NCBI GenBank assembly: GCA_051294375.1
Contig: CM119266.1
Span: 25,482,519-25,546,518 of the forward strand
Length of the DNA: 64,000 nt
Direction of reading: 5' to 3'
Source of the DNA: Paraspadella gotoi
Lineage: Eukaryota > Animalia > Chaetognatha
Shown here: positions 1 through 12,940 of the stretch, piece after piece
How the letters are laid out: every line of letters starts with the position of its first letter
How positions within the stretch are numbered: position 1 is the first letter of the stretch
Notes under the pieces: generated by a model
The model's database searches: none
The model's input: only the letters and a program-made list of their open reading frames with translations
What the model was told of the DNA's origin: nothing
Program-made: the position numbers and the translations under genes

Positions 1-1242
1 GCTTTCTAATAATAACTGATTGAAATAATAAACCGTTTCGATCACTAGATGAAAAATTTCAGCCTTTTAAACCAACGCTTCTTATTAATTAATTAAACAA
101 TGAACCATATGCACTCGTTCAAGTCCCTATAAAATAGTATGCAATAGTATGCATCAAGCAAAATAATTTTTCTTAGTTTCCATCTTTCCATAATTGTGAA
201 AAGAATGCTCTTATTAATGATTTGTTTTTAACTTACACCCTAGGCCCTTTTGGGAGTTTGACGAGCATATAAGGTAGTGAGAGATCAAGATTGTCAAGGA
301 TTCTAATCACCTAATCACGGCTTCAAACGTGAGATAAACGAATGTGTGGTGTCTGTTGTGATATGAAGGTTATTATTTTTGTCAGTGTGGGGTTAAAAAA
401 TACGTACGTAACAGTTACCTTCTCCGGCCGTTGATAGGAGAGAATCAATGCCAATCTCGCGACTATCAATGTTTGTTTGTTTTGATAACTATGACTTGCT
501 CATTACGCTCAATAGAACAAAAACTTAGGCAAACCAAATATAATGGTAATAATTATAATAATTAATAATACATGGCAACCAAGGATATATTGGGCGCAAA
601 GTGGCTAAACGGAAAACAAGATCTGGAAATTAAAAAAAAAATATATTCTTAGCGTCACGCGGCCACGACTTGTCAAACATTGACGCGCCCAAGCAACAAC
701 ATGCAAACAAATCTTTCGTCTCGGCGATAGAACTATCTCGCCAATAAACATCAGGCGAGCTAAAAAGATTGGGCGCTAATGAATGCTTCTGTGGCTCCCC
801 CGGCGTTCTCTACGTTTAAACAAATATGTAAGATTGTATCAAAATGCGAATTAGAAACATAAATAAAGGTACTAAACAAAAAGCTCATGAGATTAGCAAG
901 TCTAACTCCGTTTCATTATCACGGCAGCCGAAAAAAATTTCAATCGCGATATTCGTCAAAAATTTTTGTAGCTAGGAACTTTGCAAGAAAAAAAAACTGC
1001 GACCAACTTTTTCATAATTTTTTTTTTAATTAAGTTTGGGAATTTTCTTATTTACAAATCTGATCGACATAAAAAAAACTTTCTAACAAACAAATGACTA
1101 GACCGAAAATCTTATCTTCGCCGATTGTTTCCAACCCAGCCGAAACGAAATCTCAAAACCCATGACTACCCTCCCTGAAAACCCTCTCTCGTTCGCCCGC
1201 GTCTTCACCCCTTCTCCACGCCCCTTCCCGGTTCTTTTAAGA

Positions 1243-3491
1243 TCAGGATTCGGCGGTCGGGGTCGTCGTTCGCATGGGCTTCATCTGCGGCGACGCTCCT
1301 CGAGTCATCCTTTCCAGTTCAGCGGCGGCGTCTACGCGGACCGATGCCTTGTCGTTGCCCGGCGTCATTGGCCGGGCCATCATAGGAGAGGGGGCGACAG
1401 GGGCGCCCCCGGCGGGGCTGATGGCGCCGCCACTCGGGGAACCAGTCTTTTTGCTAAGTAAGCTGTTAAAAAAGTTGGCAAGGACGCCCTCTTGCGATGT
1501 TGCGCCCGCCACGGCCGCGGCGGCGGCGGGAGACGCGCCAGAGTCGAGCTTCTTTATGGAAGCGGGCGAGGCGGATCCGCCGCCCGTTGACGAGACTTGC
1601 GGGGAACCCAGCGTCCGACGGTCCAAGGATTTGGGAACGCCAGAAGAGGTGCTGACGCGAGCTCCGTCCATGCGAACGCCGGGTCCGGAGGGTAAGGCCT
1701 GATACGGGGTTAAAGATTGCAAATTTTTTTTGGCTGAGAATCGCACTTTCCCACTGAGAGCCTTACCTTGGAAAGCAGCTGTTGTTGACGCAAGAGAAAC
1801 GTTTGTTCGTCCTCTACTATGACTTCCGGTTCAGAGGGAATGGGCTTTCGAACGGGAACGGGGCGAACGATCACGTCTTCAAAAGGATCTTCGGGTTTCA
1901 CTGTAGGGGACATTTTTAATCATGGTCATTGGGTCGCTCAAAAGTAAAATACCCAGACCTGACCCGCCCTACTCACCTGATGTTAAGTTAGGATACAAAA
2001 TACCAATCTTGGCTTCGCTGTCCCATCCGGCTGGAATGAACACTGCGTCCCTTTCCACCACCGAAGCCTAGAAAAGAGACCAAGTGAGTGTGTGTGAGAG
2101 AGAGAGAGAGAAAGAGGAGACTCCCGACTCTCCTTTATTCACCCACCTGGTGCAAAAACGGGAATCCGTAGAGTCTATGCAGGGCGTATTTGAGGAAAAG
2201 ATCACAGTTTTTATCTTCTTTGACAGAGGTGTAGACGAGGGCGGCGCCGAAATTGAGGCAAAAGTGTCGCACGTGTTGTTGGATGAAGTCGAAGTGTTCT
2301 TCCCGATAGTCGAACTCCTTCTCCAGGTTCGCTGGGGAAATGAAGATGGCGAAGAGTATTAGAAAAATCAAATAATCAGTTGAATGTAGTCAAAGTGACT
2401 CTCACCGATGGCGTCGGTCTTAGTGACGACGATGACGATGGGAAGCCCCAAATTGTTGGTCAGCGTGGTTTCGCCGAGCGGCAAGAGGACTCCCTCGTCC
2501 TCTTCTCCCGTCGCCGCGCCCGACGGCGACAAGAGGCCCGATCTTTTGGGATGGTTGCCCGACTGGAGGGCGCCTTCGTCAGGCTCCGTGTATTCCTGAG
2601 GGGGTGAAAGTATTCGAAAAGAAAGTCGACGTTCGTCGAAAAATTTATGACAAGTATTATTTTTTTTTTTCAGTTTTCTTCCTCGCCTGAAAATGCCGTT
2701 GCAATTGCGTTTCGTACTCCTTCATCTGTTGCGGCGGGATCTTGAGTCTGTCGACGTGGCGCTGAAGAAGCTGCGACCATCGGTCCAACGACGACATGAT
2801 AGTCCAGGGCTTCGCCATTGAAACGGTCAGGCAGATCATGGTGTTGGGAAAGGACTCCTCCGAAAGAGCGAATCGGAGAAGGCCTGAGATGATAAGATGA
2901 AAATATGCACGGATAATAAATTCCATCTTCCCGAGCCACAACAAATCTCAATTCTCACCGGCATGATGCAAATCGCCGTCGACGATGAACACTCCCATCT
3001 GAACTCCCTCGTCGCGGTCTTCGTCCCTGACGGCGACGGAGTGGTACTCCAAGCCCTGTCCCTTCTTCGGGTCGTCGTCGCCCTTGATCCGCGCCACCAG
3101 CGACGTCTTTCCAGTCTCGTTCTCGCCCAACATCACTATCCTTTGGCCTTTGGGAAGCTTCTTCGTAGACTTGGATTGGACTAGGGGAGACAACAAGGGG
3201 TCAGCTACGCTTTCACCAATTCAACAGGCTGGATGTCAAAAAAAAACTGCTTAAAACTCAATTACCTTCAGTCAGGAGTTTCGCCCAAAGACGATTGTTT
3301 TCCGTTTCCCCGTTTATTCCGTTGGCCACAGACGACCCGTCCATGGAGGCTCCTCCGGCGACGGCGGAGGAGGAGCCGCCCCTGGTTAGGTCGCTCCTGC
3401 TGCTGCTGTTTTTGCTGCTGTTGCTGGAATGTTTTTTGGAGTCATTATTACTGCTAACAGTCGCTGTTGCTACTCCACCAACGGGAGCCAT
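1243..3491 (-). CDS. DYNC1LI: Cytoplasmic dynein 1 light intermediate chain (multi-exon)
   Basis: Spliced translation gives the P-loop [57 protein letters not shown] and the C-terminal helix [15 protein letters not shown]. Exon phases are consistent; one intron is GC-AG. Confidence 0.95.
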
Positions 3492-4370
3492 TGCTGAAAA
3501 GGAAAATATTAAAGTTCTTTATTGTTGATTTTTTGAGCAACGAAATTAGCAACAATTTGACTGGCAGTGAAATTTTATTAAACTCGAGAACATGTGATCA
3601 AAATAATCCGTCGAGTTAAATGTTTTTTTTTCTTCGCTTACGTTTCCCAGAGTTCCGGATAGTATTATTGAAAATACTATTGTAAATCGCATAATCGATT
3701 CACTATATAAGGGTCATTTTTGTCTTTGTCGATTTTTTATTAATGGGTTCGCTTAAACCCACAATTTTATTACTAGGTGACAACTGAAAGTGTAAGAAAA
3801 ATAAATTCATGCACGTAAAGAGGCGAGGATATTAGTTAATTTTTTAACTTACAAATCCAATTGATAAGAGAAAGGCACTTTTTATGGTGTCCAATACGAA
3901 CGAAACAAACAAGTGCGAGGAGACGAACAAAAGAATGTAAAAAAGGACGGAACTAAATAAAAAACATTTTATTGTAACGTGGACGGAATCTGATTGATAA
4001 ACGAATACTGGAACATAAAACAATGATCACCCAGAACCTGAAGAAAGACAAATTGTAAGCCAAAGTTCCAGAATAAATGATACAGATCAGTTCTTCAAAA
4101 AATTATACATGTATTATACATGTGTACGATTTAATCATTTCCATGAAGCTCCGAATTCACCATCTTATTCTAATGAAATAACTGACAAAATTTTTAAAAA
4201 AGTAATAGATTGAAAATCATATTAATTACTGGATCATTCGTCCTGGGGTAACGGTTATTGTATTGCGAACTATTCCAAAAGAATTTGGGTGAAAGCCCCC
4301 AGTAAAATTAACCGAAAAATAAATAATTCGGCTTTGGATTAAACAGTATTTTCTCCTGCAAAAGCAGGAC

Positions 4371-7300
4371 TTAAAATAAATCGCCATTTTTGAGGGCGTG
4401 TCCGGTGATAGCCATGCGAGGAACGGCGTCGTCCGAGACAGCGTTCTTTCGACCAGAAGTGAATCCAGCGGGGGCGTTAATCGCTGCGTTTCCCCTCGGG
4501 TTGCTGCGTTTCCTTTGCTGAGGGGGCGCTCCCACGTGCCCGGCGGGAGTGGAATGCGTGGAGTGAACGGTGGCGTTGTTGGCGAGAATACCACCCCGGT
4601 TTTTCCGAACGATAGTAAGCGGCGCAACGCCGGAACTGCTGTTTACTTGCGGAACCGTGGAAGAGGGCGCCTCCCGACTTAGCAAAGACTGCGGTTCCCT
4701 TTCTGGCACGTCGCGCGGAAACCACAGCTTCGAGCCGCCTCCGTTTTTTGAGCCTTTTCCAGGGGCACGATTCTTGAGGGCGGCGTTTTGACGCCATGGT
4801 TTGCTGTAGTCACCTTCAACGTCATACGAATTCCGAAAGACGCCTCGGCGTCGGCGTTCCGGTGCTCCTCGCGCTGCCTTGGCCTTTCCAGCATCGGCAA
4901 CGATGGTTGAGCGATCGTCGGCCTCCGGCGAGGGGACTCTGTTACGCGTAGGGTTACGGCTGATGCCCTGAAAACGAGGCGGAGCGACCAGCAGAGAGTC
5001 TCTTCTCGGAGCCGCGTGACCTGGGTCGCCGTTTCCAGTGTCAAGGCGAACGACGCCATCGTGCGTAGCGACGCTGCTGACGAAGGAAAGAGAAGACACG
5101 TTCTGCGTGGCGCGGTTGGAGGGCACACCGATTTCCGTCAAATCATTGATGGAGATGGAAAGGCGGCCATCGTTGTGGGCTCGTCGTCGAGCCGCGGCGA
5201 TCAAGGAAATGCTCTGCGTCTGATTCTTAACGTTAGCCGCGGGCGCTGGAGAGCGGGACGAGACGAGTTCGGCGACTCCCTCACCAGGCGATGTCTGCTC
5301 CACCTCCACACGAGGATGAAGCCCAACCTTGTTACCCACTCGACTGTAGCGGCGAAGGCCGGCAGCTCCTTCCGCTTTGGTACCAGGGAAATGAGGGTTA
5401 GGGGATGAGGAGTCTCGGGGTAATTGGTATTTCGGTTTGAAGGGATCCCCAGTAGGGGAGCCGACAGGCGAACAAGGGTCGCTGAGCGATACTAAACGGG
5501 TCTCAGTCCCGCGAGAGCGCCTCGTTTCGGGTTTGACGGGCGTCGGGGTACGAGCCGTCACTCTGGCCACGCCGTCCAATCTTGTGGCGGCTCCCTCAAG
5601 AATATCCGGCGCGCTGTCCTGATGATTCTTGCGAGAGAAGATCTTACGGGCTTTGGCGCTTTCGCGAAAAAGTTTCTCCTCTCCGTTGATGATAGCGTCG
5701 GCGTCGCGGCGTCGACGTCGACCGGGAAGGCGGCGGGAGACTGCCTCGCGAGGAGAATCGTTCGTCGAGGATGACTGTTCTGATTCCGTCGCCGAAGGAT
5801 CGGACCTATAAACCAGTCGATAGTTTGAATTTGCTGGAATTAAATTAATCGACATTTTAATACTGGAAGACCAACTCCAACCTTTGACTTGTATCCACTT
5901 CCGTCTCCCCAAAAATCTTCATCAACTGAGCGACGCTGTGAAGACGAGGAGGATTGAGTTCGGTCGGGGTTCCGGCGTTCATCTCCCCCTCGTTCAGTTG
6001 AAGGTACAAGTCGAAGCTCTCCTCCAGGTCCTCTGGGATGTCGACGGCATGGTCCAGAACGAGGCGCCGTTGCTGTTGGATTATTTGGTCGCACAACAGG
6101 CGGTTGTGCTCGTACCTGCGGGCAGTTTATGTTTAACAATGACTAATCAAAATCGGATATAAAATCAAATCTCACCTCTCAATGATCATGTCCTTCTTTC
6201 TAAGCTCGAAATCCTTGAGCAATATGGCCGACTGAGATTCAGTGTTTTCAATTTCCAACTCGTGAACTTTACAGAGCAACGAGAGAATCTCCCGATGCTC
6301 CTCGCTACCGATGGCGCTGGGGAGGCTCTCTTCTAGTTGGGCTGCCGAAGGGAAAAAAAGTAGAAATGTATTAAACAAAAGCTAAAAATACATATTTTAA
6401 TATTTAAACCGCTTTAACTCTTTTTCGTCTTACCCGCTTTAGCCCGACATTCTCCCAACTCTCGTGCCAATCTGTTCTTTTCTATGTCGAGCCTTTGACG
6501 CTGAACTTGAAGGTTACCGAGACGCTCGCGCGCCATCACCACTTCGGGTGGTTCGTCCGGACTCCCCACCAAAGCAAGAGTTTCCAACTCGCCCTTCTCC
6601 ATGTTGTCTAGATCCTAGCCACAAGAGTTGAAAAATCAAATAAGTTAAAGCCCGTCCAAAGGACTCCAAAAATTCAAACCTTGTTGTCGATGGTGGCTTC
6701 GTTGTCTTTTCCTTCGGTGAGTGGGTTGACCTTCTTTTTCGCGTGGCGCTCCCCCTCCCAGTCGCGCACGATGATCAGGTGACGAGACTGTTCTAGACTC
6801 AACTCCATCGACTGCGAATTCGTGTCCATCAGTTTTCGCCTGGGGGGGGGGAAGATGGAGAAAAGGGGTACATGTGTCCTTATATTATTTTTTAGGATAC
6901 GATTTTTTATGCCACATAATCATAGACGTCACAAAAAGAATAGAGTATAAGCATCATTTTTTCTTTTGAATTCTGACCTTTTCATCGACAAAACGCAAAG
7001 ATCGCAACTACAAAGACTGGAATCTTTCCACGAGAGTAACGAGAAAGAACGACGCTTTTTCCGGGCGCCAAACGTTGACAAAAAGGATAAGCAAATCCCC
7101 ATTATTTCTTATTAGGTGAAATTGGTGTAAATATTCATATTAGAATATCAGCCCTAGCCTGTACCTCCGCCATATTGGCCCATAACAGTCGTGGCGGCTT
7201 AACGGGGCAAAACCTTGATCGAGCTCGGATTTGGCCGCACACGACAGAAAGCTGACAAACCCCGCAATTTAATGAGCAAGCGAATTATAACTAACCCCCT

Positions 7301-9451
7301 GACTGCCGTAACAGGAGAGAGCAGGCCATTTCTGCTAACAGCAAATCTACGGGCACGCCAGTGGGGGCACGCCAGTGGGGGCACGCCAGTGGGGGGCACG
7401 CCAGTGGGGGCACGCCAGTGGGGGCACGCCAGTGGGGGCACGCCAGTGGGGGCACGCCAGTGGGGGCACGCCAGTGGGGGCACGCCAGTGGGGGCACGCC
7501 AGTGGGGGCACGCCAGGTGGGGGCACGCCAGTGGGGGCACGCCAGTGGGGGCACGCCAGTGGGGGCACCGCCAGTGGGGGCACGCCAGTGGGGGCACGCC
7601 AGTGGGGGCACGCCAGTGGGGGCACGCCCAGTGGGGGCACGCCAGTGGGGGCACGCCAGTGGGGGCACGCCAGTGGGGGCACGCCAAAACTGATATTTAA
7701 AATGCGCTACTTACCTCAAATCCATTTGTTCTCGAAAAGTCTCGACGAGCTGCTCCTTCAGCGCCGCGATTCCCGACTTTTTTACGACGCCGCTCGTCCG
7801 TCCGGCGACGGCGCCCTTAGCTGTGCCGACGACGGTGCTGCTCAAAGCGGCTTCGCCGTCTTGCTCGTCGATCTTTTTCCTCAATCGGGCAATTTCTTCG
7901 CGCAATTCCCCGATAATGCTGAGGGAGAGATTAGAGAGACGTCGTCACACAATGACAATATTTTTGAGGTCATTTACCCTCGAGCGACGATACCCACCTC
8001 TGATATTGAGCAATGTGGTAGCTGACATCGATGACGTTCTTTTTGACAGTGTTCTTGATGTTTTTCGCGCGGTCAGCGTAGAGCAGAGTGTTACGCGACT
8101 CTTCGAAGTGAAGGGACGCCGGCGAAATGTGGGCGATCATCACGGTCATTGAGTTTCCGCCAAGCGAGTCCTTCAAGATCCTCGTCAGCTTCGAATCGCG
8201 ATAATTCACGTAGGCCTGAAAGAATTGAAGTAATGCAAAAGCAAAAACCAATTTAAACATAAATGTATTTTGAAATACATGTATTTTGAAATAAAAAATA
8301 CCTTGGGTCCTTTCTCTACGAGGGCGTTGATGCAGTTACCGAGAGCCAAGAGGCTGCGATTGATATGAGCGCCTTCGACCATGCGCTTGCCACGGTTTTT
8401 GGTGTGAGCCGCGCGTTCAGAACCCGCTAAGTCAATGAGAAACAGACGTCCGATCTTCACCTGTTGGTTGGTGTCTCGTATGCGGCTCTGCTGACGGACA
8501 GTAACTTGAAGAATAGCGTGGGACCTTGAAGAGAAAAAGAAGAAAAATAAATATCGATCTCCGCAGATTCTAAACTTTTACATCCAAAGTTACAATTCTT
8601 AAAAATGACTGGTCAAACCTTGACGAGGTCTTGTTGGCTGCGGTGGGTTCTTGCGTTCTTTCCTTGTTGCCCTGAAGGAGCATGGCCACGATATCCTCGG
8701 TGGAGGCGGCCTCGACTTCGCTGAGCCCGGCTACCACATTTCGTCCCTTGTTGTCCTCGCGGAGATCCAGAAGGCCCGAGGAAGGGTTGAGGAGGTCCCG
8801 GATGTTCTCGTTGTAGAGTTCAAAGTAGGACATGGTCACCTGAAAGAAAAAACCCAAATTTAGATTTTGATTTCGATTTAGAACGCGCACGGCCACGAAC
8901 CAACAAAAATACCTCTCTGAACAATTTTCTCACGTTTGTCTATTGTCCTGTATTCATCTGACCAGAAGTGGTAAATTGCCTTTGTTACCGTCTTTTCTTT
9001 TCCCTCTTACCTGATAACTTTGGTCCACGTTCTTTGTCATCTCCTGGAACAGATCGTTCAACGCCCTTGCCATGATACCGGGACTATCCTCGCTTCCCAA
9101 CATCGTGTAAGTTTTGCCAGCTCCCGTGGCTCCGTAAGCAAAGACCGTGGCGTTAAATCCGTTGATGACCCAATTGATTAAGTCTTTGGTCGTTTTGTCG
9201 TAGACTTCCTCTTGCGTGGCGATGGCGTCAAATACGTAGTCGAACATGTACTGCTTCTCGCGGGTTCGATTCTGCCGCAGGATGTCGTCGGGATCCTCGG
9301 AAGGGTCAAGCAGGACGACCATGGTTTGATCGAGGGCGGCGTGGGCGGTGATCGTCCCGCCGCGATCTACCTCTTCGTCGCTGATGGGCCGAATGCGTAG
9401 CGCCACCGTCAATGGCGACGCGTCGGCCGCTTGTCCACGCGCCGTCGCCAT
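4371..9451 (-). CDS. KIF19: Kinesin-8 motor KIF19 with a long disordered C-terminal tail
   Basis: [11 protein letters not shown]...[28 protein letters not shown] (KIF19-type), [48 protein letters not shown]; GT-AG introns join in phase. Confidence 0.93.
7351..7686 (+). repeat. 14-bp GC-rich minisatellite (GGGGGCACGCCAGT)n, about 24 copies, in a KIF19 intron
   Basis: Directly visible tandem array with a few single-base indel variants and no spacers. Confidence 0.97.
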
Positions 9452-10728
9452 CTTCGAGCCAAGCGTCAGTAGGGGAGGGCGTAAAAATGTTTTACATTCA
9501 TTTCAATTTCGAAAAGTTTTGTTTTTTTCCGCGAGGATACACGGAAAGAGGATATTTTTTCGAACGCATTGTTTGTTTTGTTTTGTTTTGGGCCCGAAGA
9601 AGGCAAAAGCGCCTAAGGCTAAAAACAAATCGAGATAGTGCAAAGTTTATTTTTATTATTATTATTTTTAAAAACGGCGAAAGGTCAAAACGGCGTAAAA
9701 AAGCTAATTTATTTTCGAGATTAAACCATAAATGAACTTCGTTTCAGGTTTTAAATATTTGACCAAGTTGGTGGAAATATTAATAAAGGTGGAAGACGGG
9801 AGTTAGTAGAAGGGAGAAATGGGAGTCTAGATAATTCTTACGACCGACTCGTCATGATTATCGCGGCTCCGATTTCGCCCGAAGGAGGAAAAAGGAAACG
9901 AGTCGAAGGACGTTTCTGGGTCAACTCGAGTCGTTTCCCCTCCGGTTACGACTTCGATCCATTTAAAATATCCATTAAACTTTTTTTTAACAATTTCTTA
10001 AAATTCAAATTATTCTTATTAATTCTCTCTCGAAAAAAGGTGATATATATCAAACTTCAGTAAAATTTTATCCTAAATTTGTAGTCACTCCACCCATAGT
10101 TTTTAATCCCGTATCGAATGAATGACGAAAAACGTCCATCCTCTGATATGTCCGACTTGTCCGTTCCTCGTCCTTTCCCTCCCAAGGAAGCGACGCTCCG
10201 CCAAAACAAAAAACTGTTTTTTCCTCCTCTTCGTCTCCCCGAGATCTTAAAGACGCCGAGAAAATATAAGAATCTGGAACACGAAAAGCAAGGGACGAAT
10301 AATAATAGAGAACGCGTGTGCATGTGTGTGTTCCACACACGCAGATAAAGAGGGGGGAAGCTGCCCGGGAGAATTTATCATTAATTTCGATTTAATTTAC
10401 GTGCGAACTGCTTCGACGGCTCTTGGTTAAGTCAACGTCCCCAGGTGTAACGGAGAGAATAAAAAGAAAATCAAGGAGGGTCAACAAAAATGGAGAAAAA
10501 TAAATGACTCGACGAAACAATGTTGATAGTAACGATGGAAAGAGAAGGGGTCGTCGTTCCGTCGGGCGTGACCGGACGTCAAAAAAGGTTCATAAATAAA
10601 AGTTCATCGTCCTCGAGGATTAGGATTGGACTCGGAGAGCGTTCGTCCCTTGCCATTTCGATTGAGCCCTTTCCAAACAGAGTTCCAAAATTCAACTTTC
10701 CCCTCCCCCAAAAAAAACCTCCGCTCAA

Positions 10729-11187
10729 TTAGAGCGGTTCGGACTCGACGAGTTTGAACCAGTGACCGCACTGGCAACGCTTCGGATGGCCCTTGTATAG
10801 GTAGAACCAGGTAATGTGATTCTGGTCCTCCTCGCATATGTGGCCGACGATCCGCTTGTTAAACATAGAAGGGATGAGGTCGGGATTGGCCAAGGAACCT
10901 TCGCCGCGTTCCAGGACTTTCAATTCAAAAGGGTCGTCGTTACCCTGAGAGAAATTAACATAGGATTAATAACTACATACGATAACTGTTTTTGGGATAT
11001 TGCGTCAATAAGTTGCCTCGCGGCCATCACTTACCGCAAGATGAGCGAGTTTCTCTTTCTTCTCGATGCCGACGGCATGCTCCAACGAGTCAGGCATGAC
11101 TCTCGCGATGCCACGCCTCGTCACCATGGAGACGGCGGGCGCAACCGCCTTTCGGCAAAAAGCTCCCAAACGAAGAGCAGCGGCCAT
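10729..11187 (-). CDS. COX5B: Cytochrome c oxidase subunit 5B, copy 1 (exons 11187-11035, 10944-10729)
   Basis: Arg/Ala-rich presequence, MPDSLEHAVGIEKKE, DPF, LIPSMFNKRIVGHICEED...W...KG.PKRCQCGHWFKL. Confidence 0.93.
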
Positions 11188-11340
11188 GACTGTATTAAGA
11201 TCTTTCAAATAAAAAATAAATAAAAAATCGAGGAAAAACTAAACGCCATATTGCGAGAATAGTACAAAATAACAGTTCTTTTTTCAAAAACAAAGTTTAG
11301 GACTAGAATCGACAACTGCGAAGTGAACCGCTCGTTTCAA

Positions 11341-11782
11341 CTAATGCACTGGAACGACTTCGGTGAGAGCAAACCAAGCCCCGCAACGACAGCGTTTGGG
11401 ATGCCCCTTGTAAAGGCGAAACCACGTAATACATTCTGGCTCCGGCTCGCAAAGGTGACCAACAAGGCGATAGTTAAATATGGATGGAATCAGACAGGGT
11501 TTGCTCTCGCTGTTATCCGAGTTGATTGGATTAGTCTCATGATTCCAAGGATCCTGGACGCCCTATGTGAAAGGCAAATAAGTTCATGAGACAACGCCTC
11601 TCCTTGCAAAAAAATCTAGAACGTACTTTGAGAAGAACCTCCTTCTCAGCACGCTCGATTCCGACAGCGTGATCCAAAGGGTCACCCATGTAAGCCCGCC
11701 GGGTCATCATCACTGACCCAGTATTTGAAAGACGAAGAAAGGCGGTTCCCATGGAACGGGAAATCAAAAAAGAACGCAGCAT
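11341..11782 (-). CDS. COX5B: COX5B tandem paralogue, copy 2 (exons 11782-11627, 11562-11341)
   Basis: MGDPLDHAVGIERAEKEVLLK|GVQDPWNHE...LIPSIFNYRLVGHLCEPEPECITWFRLYKGHPKRCRCGAWFALTEVVPVH*; same intron position and phase as copy 1. Confidence 0.88.
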
Positions 11783-12041
11783 ATTATAAAGATTTATAGG
11801 CCGATGAAGTTCAATTAATAGGATTAGTGCCTACAATTGGAAAAAAAAAATTTCGACATGTAAAATTCAAATTGTATTCAATATTCAAATAATGTGCACA
11901 CTGCACAGGGTAAAAAAATTTTAACGACATGATTAGGAAAATGAAGTAGTGTAAAGTGTAAAAAGGTAAACTGTCAACACAACACGTTTTTCTTAATATT
12001 GAGTCAAATTTTTCATGACTCATGCGATCATCTTAGCCACG

Positions 12042-12747
12042 TCAACATTTTTCACGAAGAGCCTTCCGCTTTCTTTTCTCTATTTTGATCTGATATAAAA
12101 TAGCACTCCTCGTAAAACTCCTCCAATTCTGTGAAGGGCTGGGTTCCGGAAGACTGAATCGTGAAACGGGTGAGAGGCGAAACTCTTTGGAGTTCAATAA
12201 CCTTGACCAACAAAAAGGAAATTTGTCGGGGACATAGTAGACGTGCTCTTTGTGGAAATAAAAAACCAACTTGTTAGCGCGAGCGCATTCAAACACGAAT
12301 GAGACAGAAACGACAGCGCCGCGACAAGTCTTGCAAAAATGTAATCCGGAACCTAAACGAAGTAGCTCATATTCAAGGCCTATAAAAGAAGGACACTCCA
12401 AAATCAAAATTTATTTAGTATTTACCCTTTTCGTTAAGGGGCACCAAATGAACATTAACCGGCGACGTCTGATTTTGGAGGCGTTCTTCCTCATTTCCAT
12501 CTACATTGACAACCTCGTGCGAGGCGACGACGTACGTCCCACCACCGGCGACGACGACGTCACCGACCAGTTTCGCCTCCGCCGGAAGAGTCGAAGGCGG
12601 CAGCCAAAATCGCATCGGTTTCTCGCTATCCACATCCACGAATAGGGTCGAGCCGAAGCCGAAATTCCCGAAGCGAAAATCCCAGAAGGCGTCTTTGACT
12701 GTCAGAAATTGGTTCGAAGGGAGATGGAATCGTGTTCTGGCCGCCAT
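12042..12747 (-). CDS. Unrecognised two-exon protein, about 219 aa (exons 12747-12426, 12379-12042)
   Basis: Two ORFs joined in frame by a 46-nt GT...TTTTATAG intron; fills the gap between the RPUSD2-like gene and COX5B copy 2. No family recognised. Confidence 0.55.
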
Positions 12748-12940
12748 GAATACGAAAAACGTCTACAATGCGGTTTTAGAGACGAGTTTCTTCGGACTTC
12801 CGACATTACAGCGTAAGTCTCTACGACTCTTTAGTAATGAATAATTGAAAAAAAAAAAACCCAAACAACAACAAAAACAACCTGAACCGAGCCTGAAAAG
12901 CAACGCGTTCCTTTCGTTTTATACGAAGCGTCTCTTTGGT

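Noticed and set aside
7199-8025. Repetitive ORFs ([10 protein letters not shown]..., [10 protein letters not shown]...) and a CRISPR-like appearance
   Set aside because: They are translations of a 14-bp tandem repeat with no spacers, inside an intron.
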